A stretch of 50,320 nt of DNA, filler included, from Catajapyx aquilonaris (lineage: Eukaryota): the NCBI GenBank assembly GCA_000934665.2. It is 3 parts of 3 records of this genome, joined end to end, with 100 filler letters (N's around TTAATTAATTAA, not from the genome) between each part and the next. Parts side by side here need not be neighbours in the genome. Positions count along the whole stretch, not along the records: positions 33,659 to 50,320 come from KZ539649.1; 2 more parts are not named here. One strand, written 5' to 3'. Below the pieces are notes generated by a model. It was not told the DNA's origin, ran no database searches, and saw only the letters and a program-made list of their open reading frames with translations. Each line of letters begins with the position of its first letter. Position 1 is the first letter of the stretch. The position numbers and the translations under genes are program-made. Positions 48,688 through 50,320 of this stretch are shown here, piece after piece.

Positions 48688-49947
48688 ATGCGATGGAGCA
48701 GGCTGGAGGTGGACGGAAACCTCTTCCTCGAGTTTGTCATGAGGGCCATCCTCTCCGTCATATTCTTGTTAGTACAGTACAGTCTCATTTACTATCTCTA
48801 GTAAAATGCTGTGACGTTTAGTTAGATTTTGTGCATAAGGAACAACGTGCCGGGAGGAGCTACACCAGCATCGGCGGCATCGGCAAACAAAAAACAACAA
48901 CAAATAAGCACTGTAGATGTTCTCAAACGTCAACCATGATTTTCGAGTAGGGAAATGTTAAATATTCTGAAATGAAAGGGCTGGAAAAATTAATTGTGTG
49001 TCAGGAAAGTGTTTTAGATATTGCCTATTAATGTATTGATGTTGCTGATATGAAATCTGCTTGTTAGTGGATCCTAGACTGCAGACAAATTTTGCTGTCC
49101 CAGAAGTGAGATGGTTTACTCGGGTTTACCTATATTTATTGTCAGATGTGATTGAATCTTCTCTAGCATGGGAACTGGCAGACTTTACAGTTTTGTCAGG
49201 AAGGACAACATACTCGGGGCATATTGTAACTAATACCATGTATTGGTGTCACCCATATGTTTACTCAGTGAGCCGCCTGCCATGCTGTCATATGGATTGC
49301 ATACTGGATTACATCATTCTGGGGTGACGCATTTCTGAAAGATTTTTCCAACTTCACATTCTGCAACAAATGCTCTTAGAGTTGATTTGCATATTAAGTG
49401 TCCGAGGAATGTGTGTAAGCTCTGTATTCGTATAAGTGAATTAATAAGACTGGCAATAACTCTCCTGATGTCTTCAAAATTGTTTGCTTGCGATTTCCAT
49501 ATCCACATGATAAGATAATGTGGCTATAATTTGTTTCATAGTGTATTATACTTCTATGTAACATTTAGTTCATGGGAGAAAAATTCCGCACAGTGATTTT
49601 GTTTTGTATTGCATCATGTACACTGTATAACTGTTGGTTACAATATTGGAACACAAATAATCACAAGAAGTTCTCCAAACATTATGCAACTGATATGCTT
49701 CTAGGCCAGTAAAATAGTGAAGTTGTTTAGTCCACAGCCATTCCATCTCGAGTTCCCGTGATCCCGAGTTCAATTCCTATTGGTGTTGTTGTTGTGCTAC
49801 TAAGAATGTGTTTGTAAATCGTAACAATAATGTATTCACAGGGAGCTGGAAGGAGCACATCCATTTGTGCGAGAGATCCAACCAGAGGAGTTGTGGTTGT
49901 ACAAGAACCCCCGAACTGAGAGCTATGTGCCCACCACACTGCTGTGG
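48688..49947 (+). CDS. Phospholipid phosphatase 4/5-like (PPAPDC1 family), first two exons
   Basis: Exon 48688-48767 (..FLEFVMRAILSVIF, phase 2) plus exon 49842-49947 (LELEGAHPFVREIQPEELWLYKNP...|gtaagt) match the PF.R.IQPEE.WLY.NP signature. Confidence 0.92.
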
Positions 49948-50125
49948 GTAAGTATACATTCCTGATGGGGTAGGGTAGAGCCTCATCTAGAGCTTTCCAG
50001 TACAACTTAAGTGCAATCAAGGGAGGGTAGGTGAAGCAGTTACAGATTGTTTACTCCAGAAATTTACTCTAAGGAGAAGGAGCAATCATGGCAAATGAAT
50101 GTGACCTTGATTGTTGCAATTAATG

Positions 50126-50186
50126 GATTGCACCTGCACACTGCATTAATAGATTGCACCTGCACACTGCATTAATAGACTGCACC
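50126..50186. repeat. 26-bp tandem repeat, ~2.3 copies
   Basis: GATTGCACCTGCACACTGCATTAATA repeated. Confidence 0.8.
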
Positions 50187-50227
50187 AATGTGCAAATGTC
50201 AAATTAAAGTTATATCTGCACAATATA

Positions 50228-50320
50228 CAGGGTGATCCAACTCTATGGCACCAGTAGTTATTGAAAAAATCGCGCAAGCTGCTTGTTTATAAGCAAGTCG
50301 TTGCTAAGAGATGCTTTCTG
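50228..50320. mobile_element. Probable left end of a Tc1/mariner MITE
   Basis: TA-CAGGGTG terminus shared with other MITEs here; right end outside the window. Confidence 0.5.

Overview
This is eukaryotic (metazoan, probably arthropod) genomic DNA: short GT-AG introns, about half transposon-derived, and two scaffold gaps. No prokaryotic features, CRISPR arrays or rRNA were seen. Seven spliced gene models were built by hand. (1) Taspase-1, 5' exons only (minus). (2) A 539-aa F-box/LRR gene (minus). (3) A divergent, apparently disrupted ERH paralogue (plus). (4) A large secreted Gly/Glu/Lys/Gln tandem-repeat protein with a furin-type site, not shown in its true frame by the ORF track (minus). 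(5) A FAM166/CIMIP2-like axonemal protein (plus). (6) UBOX5/RNF37 with an unusual ~216-aa insert (minus). (7) PLPP4/5, 5' exons (plus). Between them lie a young 5'-truncated LINE, at least four tRNA-derived SINE families whose 3' ends resemble that LINE's, a decayed mariner, and many nested MITEs (Tc1/mariner, pogo, hAT/P-like, piggyBac, Harbinger-like, CMC-like), many with readable target-site duplications (TSDs). Gene identities rest on recalled family motifs, not database searches. I see no evidence for a single new multi-gene system; the best novelty candidates are the repeat protein, the ERH paralogue and the UBOX5 insert.
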